A stretch of DNA of 33,788 nt. Source: Octopus bimaculoides. Its lineage: Eukaryota. Shown here piece by piece: positions 33,477 through 33,788 of the stretch. The notes beneath the pieces are model-generated. The model was given only the letters and a program-made list of their open reading frames with translations, did no database searches and was not told the DNA's origin. The position numbers and the translations under genes were made by a program. The first letter of the stretch is position 1. Every line of letters begins with the position of its first letter. Location: positions 118,335,455 through 118,369,242 of the forward strand of contig NC_068982.1 of the NCBI RefSeq assembly GCF_001194135.2, given 5' to 3'.

Positions 33477-33788
33477 ATAAATACATATATCTTAATATAT
33501 AAATCTGAAATTGTGTGTTTGCGTGAAGCCTTTTTGAAAGTTTATAGAAATCCACATTTTCCACTTTTTCGTCAAATTTTTTACATCAATGGAATTTTCT
33601 CGATGTGAACTTTCCAGTGCAGGAATTAGATTTTTAAAATTCCGTTTACTTTGTGCGATTTAAGGGAGATTTGGCTGTTGTTTCTAGCAACTTTTATATT
33701 TCATCCCTTCTACCTGGAACGCAATTCTTACACACGCGCTCAACATAAAAATATAGAGAGTAAGAGTTAAAGAGGGAGAGGGAGAGAG

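Overview
Eukaryotic, AT-rich, repeat-dominated DNA with seven N-gaps (about 2.5 kb in total), six of them abutting microsatellites. The SINE families and microsatellite load resemble an octopus (coleoid cephalopod) short-read assembly; this is inferred from pattern recall, not from a search. No intact protein-coding gene, rRNA, true tRNA or CRISPR array can be supported, and most ORFs in the track are artefacts of N-runs or simple repeats. Recognisable content: an internally deleted Tc1/mariner-superfamily element (2101-2935, -), a decayed R4/Dong-type non-LTR retrotransposon between AAT/AAC repeats (10541-13020, +), a second older R4-like 3' fragment (about 14060-14450), the N-terminal part of a decayed Helitron RepHel gene (27760-29165, +), several tRNA-derived SINE copies and many microsatellites. 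The most unusual unexplained structures are four: (i) five alternating-orientation copies of CTCGGGCT in about 715 bp, ending at a perfect hairpin (17849-18625); (ii) a 13-unit degenerate 24-bp array reading as an octapeptide repeat (5255-5581); (iii) a 331-bp insert with an (AAT)n tail between perfect 20-bp direct repeats (29831-30201); (iv) an old collinear duplication with six conserved blocks (14933-15625). None of these demonstrates a new biological system; they are testable leads.
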